Shown piece by piece: positions 11,687 to 31,124 of a DNA stretch of 64,000 bases (position 1 is its first letter; each line of letters begins with the position of its first letter). Origin of the DNA: Podarcis gaigeae (Eukaryota); assembly GCA_964106915.2 (NCBI GenBank), contig OZ066921.1; one strand, written 5' to 3'. Under the pieces are notes generated by a model, which did not search any database, was not told where the DNA came from, and worked only from the letters and a program-made list of their open reading frames with translations. A program made the translations under genes and the position numbers.

Positions 11687-12631
11687 ATGTCTGTGCCATC
11701 ACCTCTGAGGGTGCTGCCCAGCCCCCCGAATGCCACTGCAGGCATTCCCGTGAGCAACCAGACCAATGAGACATTCTGCACAAGCAGCCAGCAGGTAGTG
11801 ATCCCTGGCGAACTCTTCCTGACCCTGGGGATCCTGAGCTTTGTGGAGAACTTGTTAGTGGTGGCCGCCATTGTCAAAAACCGGAACCTGCATTCGCCCA
11901 TGTACTATTTCATCTGCTGCCTGGCTGTGTCAGACATGCTAGTGAGCGTCAGCAACCTAGTGGAGACCCTCTTCATGCTTCTGCTGGAGCATGAGATGAT
12001 GGTTGTGCAGCCCACCACCGTGATGCACCTGGATAACGCCATGGACATGCTGATCTGCAGCTCCCTGATGTCCTCGCTCTCCTTCCTCGGCGTCATCGCC
12101 ATTGACCGCTACATCACCATCTTCTACGCCTTGCGGTATCACAGCATCATGACCATCCAGAGGGCCGTCACCATCATTGTGGTTGTCTGGGTGGTCAGCA
12201 GCATCTCCAGCACCATCTTCATTGCCTACGATGGCAAGGCGGTCATCCTCTGCCTGGTCATCTTCTTCCTTTCCATGATCACCCTGATCATGGGCCTCTA
12301 CATCCACATGTTCAGCCTGGCTCACCAACACGCCCGCAGGATCTCCAGCCTGCAAAGGAAGCAGTCGGCGCCCCACTTCACTAGCATGAGAGGGGCCATC
12401 ACCCTCACCATCCTGCTAGGCGTCTTCTTCATCTGCTGGGGCCCCTTCTTCCTTCACCTGATCCTCATCCTCACCTGCCCCGAGAAGCCCGCCTGCAACT
12501 GCTACTTCAGATACTTCAACCTCTATCTTATCCTCCTCATTTGCAACTCTGTGGTGGACCCCATAATTTACGCCTTCCGGAGCCAGGAGCTCAGGAGGAC
12601 TTTGAAAGAGGTGGTCTTATGCTTTTGGTAA
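11687..12631 (+). CDS. MC1R: Melanocortin 1 receptor (MSH receptor), 314 aa class A GPCR
   Basis: Uninterrupted ORF with gccaccATG Kozak; [66 protein letters not shown]; lies between TCF25 and TUBB3. Confidence 0.98.
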   Translation: MSVPSPLRVLPSPPNATAGIPVSNQTNETFCTSSQQVVIPGELFLTLGILSFVENLLVVAAIVKNRNLHSPMYYFICCLAVSDMLVSVSNLVETLFMLLLEHEMMVVQPTTVMHLDNAMDMLICSSLMSSLSFLGVIAIDRYITIFYALRYHSIMTIQRAVTIIVVVWVVSSISSTIFIAYDGKAVILCLVIFFLSMITLIMGLYIHMFSLAHQHARRISSLQRKQSAPHFTSMRGAITLTILLGVFFICWGPFFLHLILILTCPEKPACNCYFRYFNLYLILLICNSVVDPIIYAFRSQELRRTLKEVVLCFW

Positions 12632-13085
12632 GGAGCAGGCGGCAGTGGGGGTCTGAGGGTGCAAGTAGCCACTGGGGCTCTCCTGCCCTCCCCAGAGGCA
12701 GCAGAGGCAGCCACTTTGCAATTGGGAGCTCAGCGCCCCCTGGTGGCACTGGGGATGGGCAAGCAGAGGAAGCCTCTGGGAGGAGGTGCCAGGCAGCGTT
12801 CGCCACATCCCATGGCCAGAAGGAGGAAACAAAGTCTGTATGTGTGCGTGTGCGTGTGTGCGTGCGTGCGGTGGGGAGGGACGTTCTTTTGCTTCCTGAC
12901 TGCCTTCAGCCTAGAGGCATGGCTGAGATGTTGTATAACTCTGCTATTTCCTTGCTAGTGATCTAGGGAAACCATTCGTTCTTCCTCTGTGAGTGCTCCA
13001 GGGCGTTCCCATCAAGGTGTGCAGAGCAGAGGGTGAGGATGACAATGGCAGGTGCAGCAACATTTAACCAATGCAGAAGAAGGAA

Positions 13086-13087
<2 letters not shown>

Positions 13088-13123
<36 letters not shown>
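13088..13123. repeat. (GT)18 microsatellite in the probable MC1R 3'UTR
   Basis: Perfect dinucleotide run between the stop codon and the first AATAAA. Confidence 0.92.
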
Positions 13124-13125
<2 letters not shown>

Positions 13126-13385
13126 CTGTGTACACACTCCCAATTGCGCTGCATCCAGTGCACAACAACCTTTGGTTTGGGAAGTGGCATACAAGTGATG
13201 TTAACCACAACCAATATTGATCCTCTCCTTTCTGAGGAAATGCTGTGTTTTGATGCATTCCCCACCCCGCCCCCCAAACCAGCTCCGATTTGACTTGTGT
13301 AAAGATACGGCCTCACTGTGTTTTAAGCCAGTAATGTGTGCACAGCCTAAATATGTGTTTTGTATGTCAAGGAGCTTTGCAGGGT

Positions 13386-13391
13386 AATAAA
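13386..13391 (+). terminator. Candidate MC1R polyadenylation signal
   Basis: First AATAAA I found after the MC1R stop, followed by gtatgtgtg and G-rich tracts. Confidence 0.5.
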
Positions 13392-16300
13392 GAGGAATGT
13401 TTCAGAGTATGTGTGCCCCTTGTGAACTGAGCAACTGCAGGGGGGCTCTACCTGTCTAGGAGTACAGGGTGGGGGGTCCAGTTTAGAGATGTGGACATCT
13501 TTTCCTAAAGCCATTTCAGCACTGGGAAGGAAATGCCCTAAAATTTCAGATGCTGCAAATATGTCCCCCTGCATTCTCATAAGATCTGACTGGCAGGCTC
13601 TGACTGTGTTTCAGAGGACTTCCCTCCCTCCATCTTCTGACTTCATGTTTACAGTCTCTACAAATCAGTGCAACTCAATAAGTTGCAAAATGGTGCCTCT
13701 GCCCATATCTCAACCCTTTGTCCAAAATTCTTACAACATTGTCCTTTCACTGAAAAATAGGCCTGAGTGATGCTCTGTGCTTATGTGAGATTATCTCTCT
13801 GAGTGGATCTCTGCTTGTTCCGGTTTCCATGTCCTGCAATAGGTAGTTGTAGCATCCCTTACCTGGTGGCTGGGCTACCTTGGGCCAAGCCTGGAGGAAG
13901 CATCAGGGACTCACAATCCTATCTAAATTACTGGTAGTTCCTTTTCAGAACATGCTAATTAAAGTAGGAGTCAGTCTTCAGATTCATGGTGCCCAAAGCA
14001 CAGGAGCCTCCTAGTGTTGCATCATATGTCACAGATGGGAGTTGCCTGTAAGGAACCTCTCACACATATCCCTGTCCGGACCTGTGCCATAGTGATGCTT
14101 CCATGCAAAACAAGACAAGCCATAGCTCATTCCTAGTAGATTGGACAGTAGCATAGCCCTGCTAATTTCTTTATGACTCTAAATCCAGAAAAGAGCCTTG
14201 CTATTTACATGCAAAGCTTTACCAACTGGGCAAACTCTTATTCTGTGCCACATAATAACAAACTTCAGTGGCATTGCCGATTTTGATCTTAAGGTTTGCT
14301 CTTAAAAGCATATTGTAGGTCTGAGCTGAGGTTCTTTCCTAAGATAGCAGGAGCAAACTCCTAAAAGCACAAGGAGAGCCCTGCTGGGAACCCAACAGGC
14401 CCTGTATTCTAACATCCTGCCTCCCATAGTGGCCAACCAGATGGCAATGACTTTATGCGCAGGGAAGCTACACATAGCCTCCATTGGCTAGCAGCTGTTG
14501 GTCAGACTTCCCTCCCTTCAGGAATGTGTATTCTGAAGTACGCACAGGTGTACCTAGGGGTTGGTGAAACTGGCTCCCTCTGGGGCACAGGCCTGGGCAG
14601 GTGCACAAAAATCACCTATCTGGCTATGGAGTGTATGACATGCATGTGTGTGGTGAACCAACACCGTTGTTACAGTGAGATCAAACATGGGAGAAGCTTC
14701 CCATCCTTCTCACACCATGGCACAAAAGTGTGCAGTGAAGTGATGGGGGTGGCATCAATACAGCTCCTTGCCAAGGGTGCAAGGGACCCTACAAATGCCT
14801 CTGGGAGCATGCCCACCAGAAGTGGGTGACCAGGAAATCCAAGTCCGATGAAGGACAGTTGTCTCCCATTCACATGAAGGGCTGTCGCACACAGAAGATA
14901 GTTCTTCTCTGTTGCTCCAGAATCAGTGGCTGGAAAAAGCAGAAAAGTAGACTTCAATGAAACATGAGGAAGGCCTTCCAGATAGTGGCAGCTGTTCAGC
15001 AGTGGTTTGGGAGCTGGTGGGTTCTTCTTCACTCAAGAAGAGGTTGACCAGCCATCTCACAGGGTTGTTGTAATTATATTCTGCATTGCAGGCCCCGTAG
15101 GGCAGGAGCAGGAGGTGGGGCTAAGCAGCCTTCCAAGTCCTATCTGATGCTGTGATTCTAAAAGCATCTGAGCCAAGAGTTCCCAAACTGGTTTACGGCA
15201 TTTCTGTGGATTTGTGGTTAAAGGCAAGAGACAGCACATCTATTGCATAAAAGATTCGTACTGCATTTTAATTGCTTCTTTTGTTTATTATATTGTATTA
15301 CAATTTGAATTCAGTGGAATACAAGGATGTGATGTAAAAATGCAATTAAAAATCACACAGCATCTAGTACAGCACAACACAATTGCTTCAACAGACAGAC
15401 AACACCATTAACCATTTTCTGAGGGCCTGAGTGGTTTGGAAACCATTGCACTAAGCCACATTGTGCAGAATACAAATCATGGGTCAGGATGAGGGAGACA
15501 GGAGGAGAGATGAATGGCTTGTTAGAAGGTATATTCCGGAGAGCATAACAACTCACTTGCAACACTGTATAAGAAGCAAGTTCAGTGGGTATTTTTTGTG
15601 GGGTGTTGTCTTTCTCATATGCACCAACTGTGTGCATTCTCAGACACAAACACACAAATACAGAATGCTGGGGAGAAGCACACAGCACTTTTATTCCAAC
15701 TTCTTATTATCTGATACACAATATTTCGTTGGTTTTTGTGGTGCATGTGGCATAAATGTTCAGCTAGCAGGTTCCGTGTGGGAGTGGAAGTTGCGAGGGG
15801 GCTGGAACTATTTCTAAGAAGTGAGAGCTCCATCTGACCAGGGGCTTTTGTTTTGTTTGAGCTCTGCCACAATGAGTCATGCCTATGGGGGGGGTGGGAA
15901 TTGGGTTCTACTCTCAGCCATTCAGCATTCTGACTAGTCTCTGACACGCCACTCCCCCTGGGAGGGAAGAGGGCCTCATTTCCCTCCTGTCTCCTGTTAG
16001 TGGGCTGCAGCTGAGGCACCAGAACAAAATCACAGGGTCCTTTGCATGTCCACCTCTGCCTCACATGCCTACCCATTGCCCATGCACCTGATGTATCATG
16101 CATATGGAGCATCCCTTGGCAATGGCATAAAAGTTCCATGTGCAAGTCTGTCACTCATGTGGCAGGCTGGCAATCCAGAGCATCCCTTCTACCCCTCCCT
16201 CCATTCACAAGCTCCTGGGCAGCAGACACATACATGTTCTGTGGCATTCCCTCCCCCCACCCCTTGTTATGCAGCAGCCTGGTTGTTCTGGAATGTGGGC

Positions 16301-16399
16301 ACCATCTATTGCCTGGAGGTGGCACTGGTGTTTGCTGCCTTTGCCCTTCAGGTCCTCTTGGGCAAACATCCTGAGCTGGTTCTATGTCCCCATCCAGGG

Positions 16400-16770
16400 A
16401 AGCACCATTGCTCAGTGGTAGAGGACCTCTTCTCCCCTGTTCAATCTCTGGTGTCTTCAGGTAAGGCTGGGAATGTCTCCTGCCTAAAACCCTGGAAAGC
16501 TGCTGTCAGTCAGTGTAGACAATACTAAGCTGGCAATCATCTGATGCAGCATAAGGCAGCTTCATATTATTCCGGCAGGGTGGCTAACCTTTTTGTTAGA
16601 GAAGGACCTAAGTTCAGAGCTAAAATAACAGCAGCTTTGCATGCAGAAAGGCCTGGGTTCAAGTATGGCTGAGAAAAGATTCCTACCTGAAAGCTTGATG
16701 AGCTGCTGCTGCCTGTTAGTGCAGACAATACTAAGGCTAGACAATACCAAGTGCATCCATTCCTTGCCAA
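16400..16770 (+). mobile_element. Two adjacent tRNA-derived squamate SINE copies (Squam2-like)
   Basis: gctcagtggtagag head followed by ..gctgctgtcagtcagtgtagacaatactaagct..; the body repeats at about 16600-16770; same family at about 33305-33490, 47468-47665 and, reversed, about 2046-2150, 3305-3505, 10105-10300, 31125-31270. Confidence 0.6.
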
Positions 16771-17197
16771 GGCAGGTGCTTTACCTGAGAAAGAGGGTGA
16801 ACTAGCTGTTTGCCCACTGCACAGTCACACTCACTCTTGAGTTCCTTTGTCTCTCTCCAAGGCCAGATGTGATTCTCCTTCAGGCGAGCCCTTTCTCCAA
16901 GCTCTGTCATCTCTGATTACTGCTCACTCTGCAAAAAAAAGAGAGACCTCTTTCTGGGCAAGGCTACTCCCTAGGGCAGCGGCCACATCCACCATTCTGG
17001 GAATTCAGCTGCTGTGGGGAATGATCTCAGAGTGCTTTTCCTTGCTAGGAACTTGGCTGCATTTTACTGCCACTGTGCAGGCAGGAAGCCTGGCAGAGAG
17101 GCTGGCATGGGATAATCATGAACAGGCCCTGAAGAATAAGCGGAGAAGGGCTTAGAAGCCAGCAGAATTTATCCTGACCTGCAGCTAGAAATGTTTT

Positions 17198-17820
17198 CAT
17201 AGAATCATAGAGTTAGAAGGGGTCCTGAGAGTCATCTCTTCCAACCCCCTGCAATGCAGGGATCTCAACTAAAGCACCCATGCCAGATGGCCATCCAAGC
17301 TCTGCCTAAAAATCTCCAAGGAAGGAGAGTCCACCAAGCAATGCTGGATTACCACATAGGCAGAGAAGGCACCGGTCTATGGGACCCATGCCTTTTAGGG
17401 GCCCAATGACAACAGGTAAAATAATATTGATTTGATCTTGAAAGAAAATTACAATCAGGACTTCTTAGTTCAATGCTATCCCGCTAGAGCAGGCGTGGTG
17501 GGGAGATTTCGACAGCCTAGGAGCCTCCACAGGATTTAATCCGGCACTGCTTCCAAAGGAGTCTGTTCTCTTAGTACCATCAGAAAGTTCTTCCTGATGT
17601 TTAGTTGGATATTGGAATATCCCTTCTTGTATCTTGAAGCCATTGGTTCCGGTCCTACCCTCTGGAGCTGGAGAAAACAACCTGGCTCCATCCTCCATGT
17701 GACTGCCCTTTAGATATTTGAAGATGGCTATCATATCTCTTCTCAGTCTCCTCTTTAGCAGGTTAAACATACCCAGCTCCCTCAATCGTTCCTCATAAGG
17801 CTTGGTTTCCTGACCCTTTG
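17198..17820 (-). mobile_element. CR1 LINE 3' fragment (ORF2 C-terminus and 3'UTR), interrupted by a MITE
   Basis: Minus-strand ORF 17465-17785 reads LGMFNLLKRRLRRDMIAIFKYLKGSHMEDGARLFSPAPEGRTGTNGFKIQEG, typical of the CR1 ORF2 end; terminal catagaatcatag is the reverse complement of the CR1 octamer-repeat tail. Confidence 0.85.
17339..17549. mobile_element. hAT-type MITE inserted in the CR1 fragment
   Basis: Imperfect TIRs caatgctggatta / taatccggcactg (11 of 13); the right end matches that of the 18512-18837 element; TSD degenerate. Confidence 0.6.
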
Positions 17821-18511
17821 TGCATTAGGTGGAAAAATTGTCCAATAGGAACTATTTGTGTGCATGCAGTTTGAGAATAAGGGATTATCAGTAAGGAGCT
17901 AGATTGTTCTTTGAAAAAGAAATAAATGAGATTTCTCCCTCCTCCCTGGACCCTGTCTCTTCCTGCTTTCTGAAAGAATAATTCTGGGGTGGAGATGCTT
18001 GTGGATTGGGAGGGCCGTCAATACAGATGGGAAGCCTAGACCAGACACTGGGGGGCGCTGGTATCCAACAACAAGAAAGAGAGAAGCAGCTTTGCCTTGG
18101 TGGACTGCAAAACTTAACCCTGAGCCAGCCAGGATCCAAGCCCTGTCTGTGACATGTTGCCAGTGACAGAGCCCACGTGAAATCCTCTCAAAGAAGCGTT
18201 GGATGCCCTTGAGCACGTACAGAGTCCTGCCAAGAGTTCCCAACCAAGCACCCGGCATCCCTCTGTGATTTAAGGGCTGGGCTTGCAGATAGGAAGATAT
18301 CATCAGGCCTAGGCTGGCTGCTGGCGATCAGCCCCCCCTCCTTGTATTATACTGGCTACGGGAGCGTGGAGGATGCTGAACCACTGCGAGGCCAATTGTC
18401 GACCTCCCTGCTTCCAGCACCAGCATATTTCTTGGGCAGGGTAAATGAGTGAGTGGCTGTGGGCCTTTCCGCCTTCAGTTGTATACAGGTGAAGCGGACC
18501 TTGGTGGGGGA

Positions 18512-18837
18512 CAGGGCCGGATTTAGGTTTGATGAGGCCCTAAGCTACTGAATGTAATGGGGCCCTTTATATGTCCAGCTGTCCTTTGTCAACAACAAAT
18601 TGCCACAGTTTTTTGTGTTGAATATATGCTATATGCAGGGCCCATTACTTACATCATAGGAGCCTACACAACACAAACACTGTTGCTGTATGTAGGTTTT
18701 ATTTTATTATATTTCTTTTTTATCTTATATTTTGGAAATGTACATCCAGGGGTTTTTTCTTTAGTTTTTTTGGGGGGCCCCAAGAGAGTGGGGCCCTAAC
18801 CTATAGCTTGTTTAGCTTATATCTAAATCCGGCACTG
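18512..18837. mobile_element. hAT-type MITE, 326 bp
   Basis: TIRs cagggccggatttag / ctaaatccggcactg (14 of 15); perfect 8-bp TSD gtggggga (18504-18511, 18838-18845). Confidence 0.9.
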
Positions 18838-20339
18838 GTGGGGGAGCTAGGAGAGCGTTGCTTCCGAAGGGACCAACCTGGCAAGGAGCTCCTGCTTTTT
18901 GCAGCCTGCTGTTCTTCCTGCTGCGGTTCTCGCCTGTCAGAGAGGGGGTAGCCTTTCCTCTCCCCCCCCCCCCACTTAGGGAAGAGGTCAGCAGTCTCCC
19001 TCCACAGGCCTTTGTTCTCCCCCAGGAATTGCAACGACAACCCAGACACAAAGGAGGGCGTGGGGGGGGGGAATGACAGGAAACAGATCTGTGGGGCCCC
19101 TCCCCATCTCCCCACCCAGGAAAAGGGGGAGAGTAGGGAGAGGCAGCTTCCTGCCCGAGCTGCCTGAACAAAGGGGAGGCGGGCGGGAAGCCTCCTTGCT
19201 CTCTCCTCCTGCGCACCTGGGACCACGAAGGGGCTTTTGTTCTGCCAACTTTCCTCACCACCACCCGCATCATCTCCCCCCACTTAGGCGATGGTCCATC
19301 GCCCGTAGCTGCCCTTGTTCCCGGTTGGATGGCCTTCAGTTCCCCTTGCAAATTACAAGCAGCCGAGGAAGAGAGACCCACGACGAGGCCCCACCCAGAG
19401 GGCAGGGGCGGGCTGGGCACTGCTGAGTCAGGGGGTTCGCCCAGCTGGCAGTTAGTCAGCAGCAGGAGAGCACAGAGGCTGCGGGCAAAGAGTTGGCCAA
19501 GCGGCGAAAGGTTCGAAGGAAGCGCCCGTCGTCAGAGCCTCTAGGCGGCTCACCGGAAGGAAACACGCGTGTTCAAAACCGATTGTTAAAAGCACCCCAA
19601 CCTCAGCAAAATACACAGAGCTTCAATGCAGGATGGCCCCTCTAATATATATATATATCCCTCTGTCTTCAAAGGGCTGGGTGAGCGGTCGTGATATCAA
19701 GACAAGCGGAGAAGCCCCCAGTCACAAAGCAGAGCGCGCCAAGGAAGGATGCTTTGGCGACCCCGTCCGAGGTCATCAAAGGCTGAAACTTGAGACCTGA
19801 TAACAAAGATGCCCCCCACCCAAGAGACACCCCAGGAAAGTGGCTGTCCCCCTCACGCACCCCCAGGTACCGCAGCGGCCCACCCGCCCCACTCTGGGAT
19901 GTGAACCTCCAAGTCGCTTCAGGCAACAGCCTGGGATGCCTCCTGCATCAGCCGCCTCCCCTGGGCCTTTTCTTTTGCACGGGCCTTTTCCTCGATCCCG
20001 GCTTGCGGGCGAGGCGGGGCGGAGGGAGCGCGGGCCTTTCCCTGCCCCAGCCTGGCCGCCCGCTTTGTGCCAGGCAGCACGGCTCTGGCCGGCGCCGAGG
20101 GATGCGCTGCTGGTGCTGATGCTGCAGGGATGTTGCAGTATTTTGCGGCGGCGCCTCCTGATTGGCCGCGGCGTCGGCGCTGACGTCAGCTCCCCGGCCT
20201 GGGTGCAGCGGGAGGCTCCTATAAAACCCGCCGGCAGCAGCCTGGACGCCTCCGCCAGCCGCTCCGCCAGCTGCAGCCGCCGCCCACCCACCCGCCTGCC
20301 TGCCCGCAGCCGCCCCCCCGTAGCACCAGCCGCAGCAGC

Positions 20340-27948
<7,609 letters not shown>

Positions 27949-28291
27949 AGGGCTGGGGCCACAGGCAGCGCTTGGGTTCCTCCCAGTGAGGGCCAGGCAG
28001 TGACATGGGCCTGTCGTTCACCGCCGTCCATCTTTGCTACTCATTTGCTGAGTTGTAGACAACCAGCTTCTAGTTGCTTCTGATTTAAGGGTTCCAAAAC
28101 TTAAAAGCTGTTCAGTATTTAACCCGCTTCCTCCTCCTCCTCCTCTCCCCCCTCCACCCTATATTCCCTCTCCTTTACCCCCAAGTCTTATAAGTTAGTG
28201 CAGCTCCCTCTGTCCATGACTTTGATAACTTCAAGGGCCCTGGTCTTTATTTTTTACTGGTCTGTGTCTATTTTTATGTTTTGGAATACTT

Positions 28292-28297
28292 AATAAA
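28292..28297 (+). terminator. TUBB3 polyadenylation signal
   Basis: AATAAA preceded by U-rich sequence, 343 nt after the stop. Confidence 0.75.
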
Positions 28298-29532
28298 TCT
28301 ATTGCTGTCCAGCATCTCGGGTGTTCCCTTTCTCTCATTTGGGATAGGGGAGCATGTTGGTGAAGTGGGGAGGGGTTGGAGTGCTGGGTAAAGGAACTGA
28401 ATGAATGTTGTGGTGTGGCACAACCACTCCCTTGGAGAGTGTTGGTGTGTGTCTGTCTAGTGCAGCCTTCCACAAGCTGGTGTCTTCCTGGTGCTTTGGA
28501 CTACACCTTCCCTCAGCCCCAACTAGCACAGTCACGGGTCAGGGGTGATGTGGGTTGGAATACAAAACATCTAGAGCGCACCAGATTGAAGAACACTGGA
28601 CTAGAAGGCAAACACCAGCTGAAAGTCAATCACACACAGTGTTGCTTGGCAACTGAGGGCAAGCATCAAGGTTCAGGCTTGGCTTTTCAACTATCCACCT
28701 TGCCATGTTTCCAACCAGAGAAATTCAGCAATTGCACTTAGGGTGGTCACTTTAAAAACACACACACCCCAACAACGTTAGACAATTTCATGCAGGCCAA
28801 TCAGTGGTTACTAATGAAAACAGCATATTCAAAGAGGGGTGCGCTTTGGGATAGAAATTCAGGCCTCCCCTCTTATCAGCAGAATGAGTGGGAGGTCCCT
28901 TACATGCAACAGAATGGCCTTGCCATAATTGGAAAGTAAGTAACACATTCCTCTATGAGCAGGAGGGCAATGAAGTCCAGCATCTAAAATGATTGAACAC
29001 CACTGCTATGCTTAGAACAGTTGCCTCCCAGATCCTGGGGTCAAGCTGGGAGGAGCTATGAAATGGTCACTGCTGCAGGAGGTAACTGCGCATCTGGCTC
29101 TGCTTAAGAACTGATTTACTTACAGGACTGGCTTCAGCACATGGTGAGCCTTTGGCCAAGAACTCCCCTCTCACCTGAATGTGCTTATATAGGCCATAAG
29201 TTGTGCCACAGAATTTGTGGGACTGGGTCAAGAGAGAGACAATGTGCAGCTTCCCACTTGGGTGGCAGATGGTTAGGAATGAGCACTTGCCTGCGGGTGT
29301 TGTGACACTGGTGTGACTCCTCTCAATGGGCCCCTCAGTTAGCTGAGCCTCAAGAAATGCCTAGTGAGAAGGCTGGCTCATGGCAGTAGCTGTGATCTGC
29401 GGGGCGAATCCTAAAGTGAGGATTGGCTCAGTGATGTAGGTGGGGCACACCAGATGTCTTCAGGGTGGTGGAACAGCCTATTCTAATGGCCCACCTACAT
29501 GGGTGATGGGATTGACACCAGGCAGAATGCAG

Positions 29533-29897
29533 TAAAGGTAAAGGTAAAGGTACCCCTGCCCGTACGGGCCAGTCTTGACAGACTCTGGGGTTGTGCGCCC
29601 ATCTCACTCAAGAGGCCAGGGGCCAGCGCTGTCCAAAGACACTTCCGGGTCACGTGGCCAGCGTGACATCGCTGCTCTGGCGAGCCAGAGCTGCACACGG
29701 AAACGCCGTTTACCTTCCCGCTAGAAAGCGGTCCCTATTTATCTACTTGCACCCGGGGGTGCTTTCGAACTGCTAGGTTGGCAGGCGCTGGGACCGAGCA
29801 ACGGGAGCGCATCCCGCCGCGGGGATTCGAACCGCCGACCTTTCGATCGGCAAGCCCTAGGTGCTGAGGCTTTTACCCACAGCGCCACCCGCGTCCC
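29533..29897 (-). mobile_element. Full-length young Sauria SINE (Squam1-type)
   Basis: Minus strand starts GGGACGCGGGTGGCGCTGTGGG, has a B-box GGTTCGAATCC and an (ACCTTT)n tail; perfect 12-bp TSD ggcagaatgcag (29521-29532, 29898-29909); CpGs retained. Confidence 0.93.
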
Positions 29898-30084
29898 GGC
29901 AGAATGCAGACCTTACCCCAAAAATAGTAAGAGAGAGTTTTGCACTGGAAAGAACACACTCCTTCCTCTAATGACAACTGCTAAGATTCAAATGTTTGCT
30001 GCAACAGTGGACCACCTATGTAACTTACCACAAAATAACCTGAAGCTATGATCACTCTTGGAATCCAGTTGAACCAGCTTTCAC

Positions 30085-30176
30085 CAACCTGGTGGTCTCC
30101 AGACATTGTTGGACTACAAGTCCCATCAGCGCTGACGGGAGCTTTAGTCCAATGACATCTGGAGACCACCAGGTTG
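30085..30176. repeat. 92-bp imperfect palindrome (short foldback DNA-transposon relic)
   Basis: Arms caacctggtggtctccaga..ttggactacaagtcccatcagc | gctgacgggagctttagtccaa..tctggagaccaccaggttg with no spacer. Confidence 0.8.
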
Positions 30177-30517
30177 AAGACTCTAGGATAGCAGTCCATC
30201 TTTTCTACCTTACTATGGTCCTGCTGCTGCAGACTAGGGCAGTCTTTCTGGAAGTTCCTTCTGAGCAGTGTCCTGCAGGATGGCCCTCAGCAGCACCATA
30301 TCAAAGATGCCTCCTGGGACCCACCCAACATTGCTGAGGTCCAATGGTGTATTCTGAACTCTTTAACCTGCCACACTGGCATTCTCAGGAAGGTGCCTTA
30401 TTCTGAGTCATTCTGCCATCTCCCTCAGCACTGTAGACTACAGCTCCCAAGGTTTTCAGACGCAAGGGGTTTATTTCCTGCCAGACACAAAGATGCTGCT
30501 AATTGAACCTCAGGCTA

Positions 30518-31124
30518 TGTGATGGCCTGTAACTCGGAGCCAGGAGGCTCAGTCCACACTGGATCCTTTGCCTTGGGTAGCATCTGAACCAAGTCTGGGG
30601 CCTGATTCTGAAGAGCCCCAGTCTGGACATGTTCCCCTGCAACAAGCACCAGCTGGGCCGAGTCAGGGGCCTGAGCCTGCCCTGGCTCCAGATGCTGGGA
30701 TTACCTCATTGCCTTCAGCTGGGCAATCACTTACAGCTGCTCCACTACCAATTGGGTCAGGAGAGGTTGAGGCGACCTCTGGGTCTAGTAACCCACCACC
30801 ATCTCCCGAGCTGCAGAGGCTGAGGTCTGAGAGAAGGAGAGACCTAAGTACTCACAGGAGGAGTGCTCACCTTCGGGTGAGACAGGGAGGTGAGTCACTG
30901 GGGGATCAGGACCCCGACAGAGATAAAAGGCTGCTGGACCCCGCCCCAGGTTGAGGGAGCAACGTTGCTGTTTGCCAGAACCTGCCTGTAATCCTGTGCC
31001 TTGCCTGGTTTCCTGCCTTGGCCCTGTTGGACTGACTCCTCGCGGGAACCCTTGGATTTGGGACCAGACCTGGACCATGTTACTCGGCTTACCCCCGGGC
31101 CTAGACACTTCCCCTGGGAACACA
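30518..31124 (+). mobile_element. Possible solo LTR-like element
   Basis: TG..CA ends (tgtga..acaca), about 600 bp, internal gataaaagg TATA-like box, GC-richer than flanks, bounded by SINE remnants; no TSD found. Confidence 0.35.

Noticed and set aside
11957-12376. Antisense ORFs within MC1R (and 26983-27516 within TUBB3)
   Set aside because: Shadows of GC3-rich coding sequence on the opposite strand.
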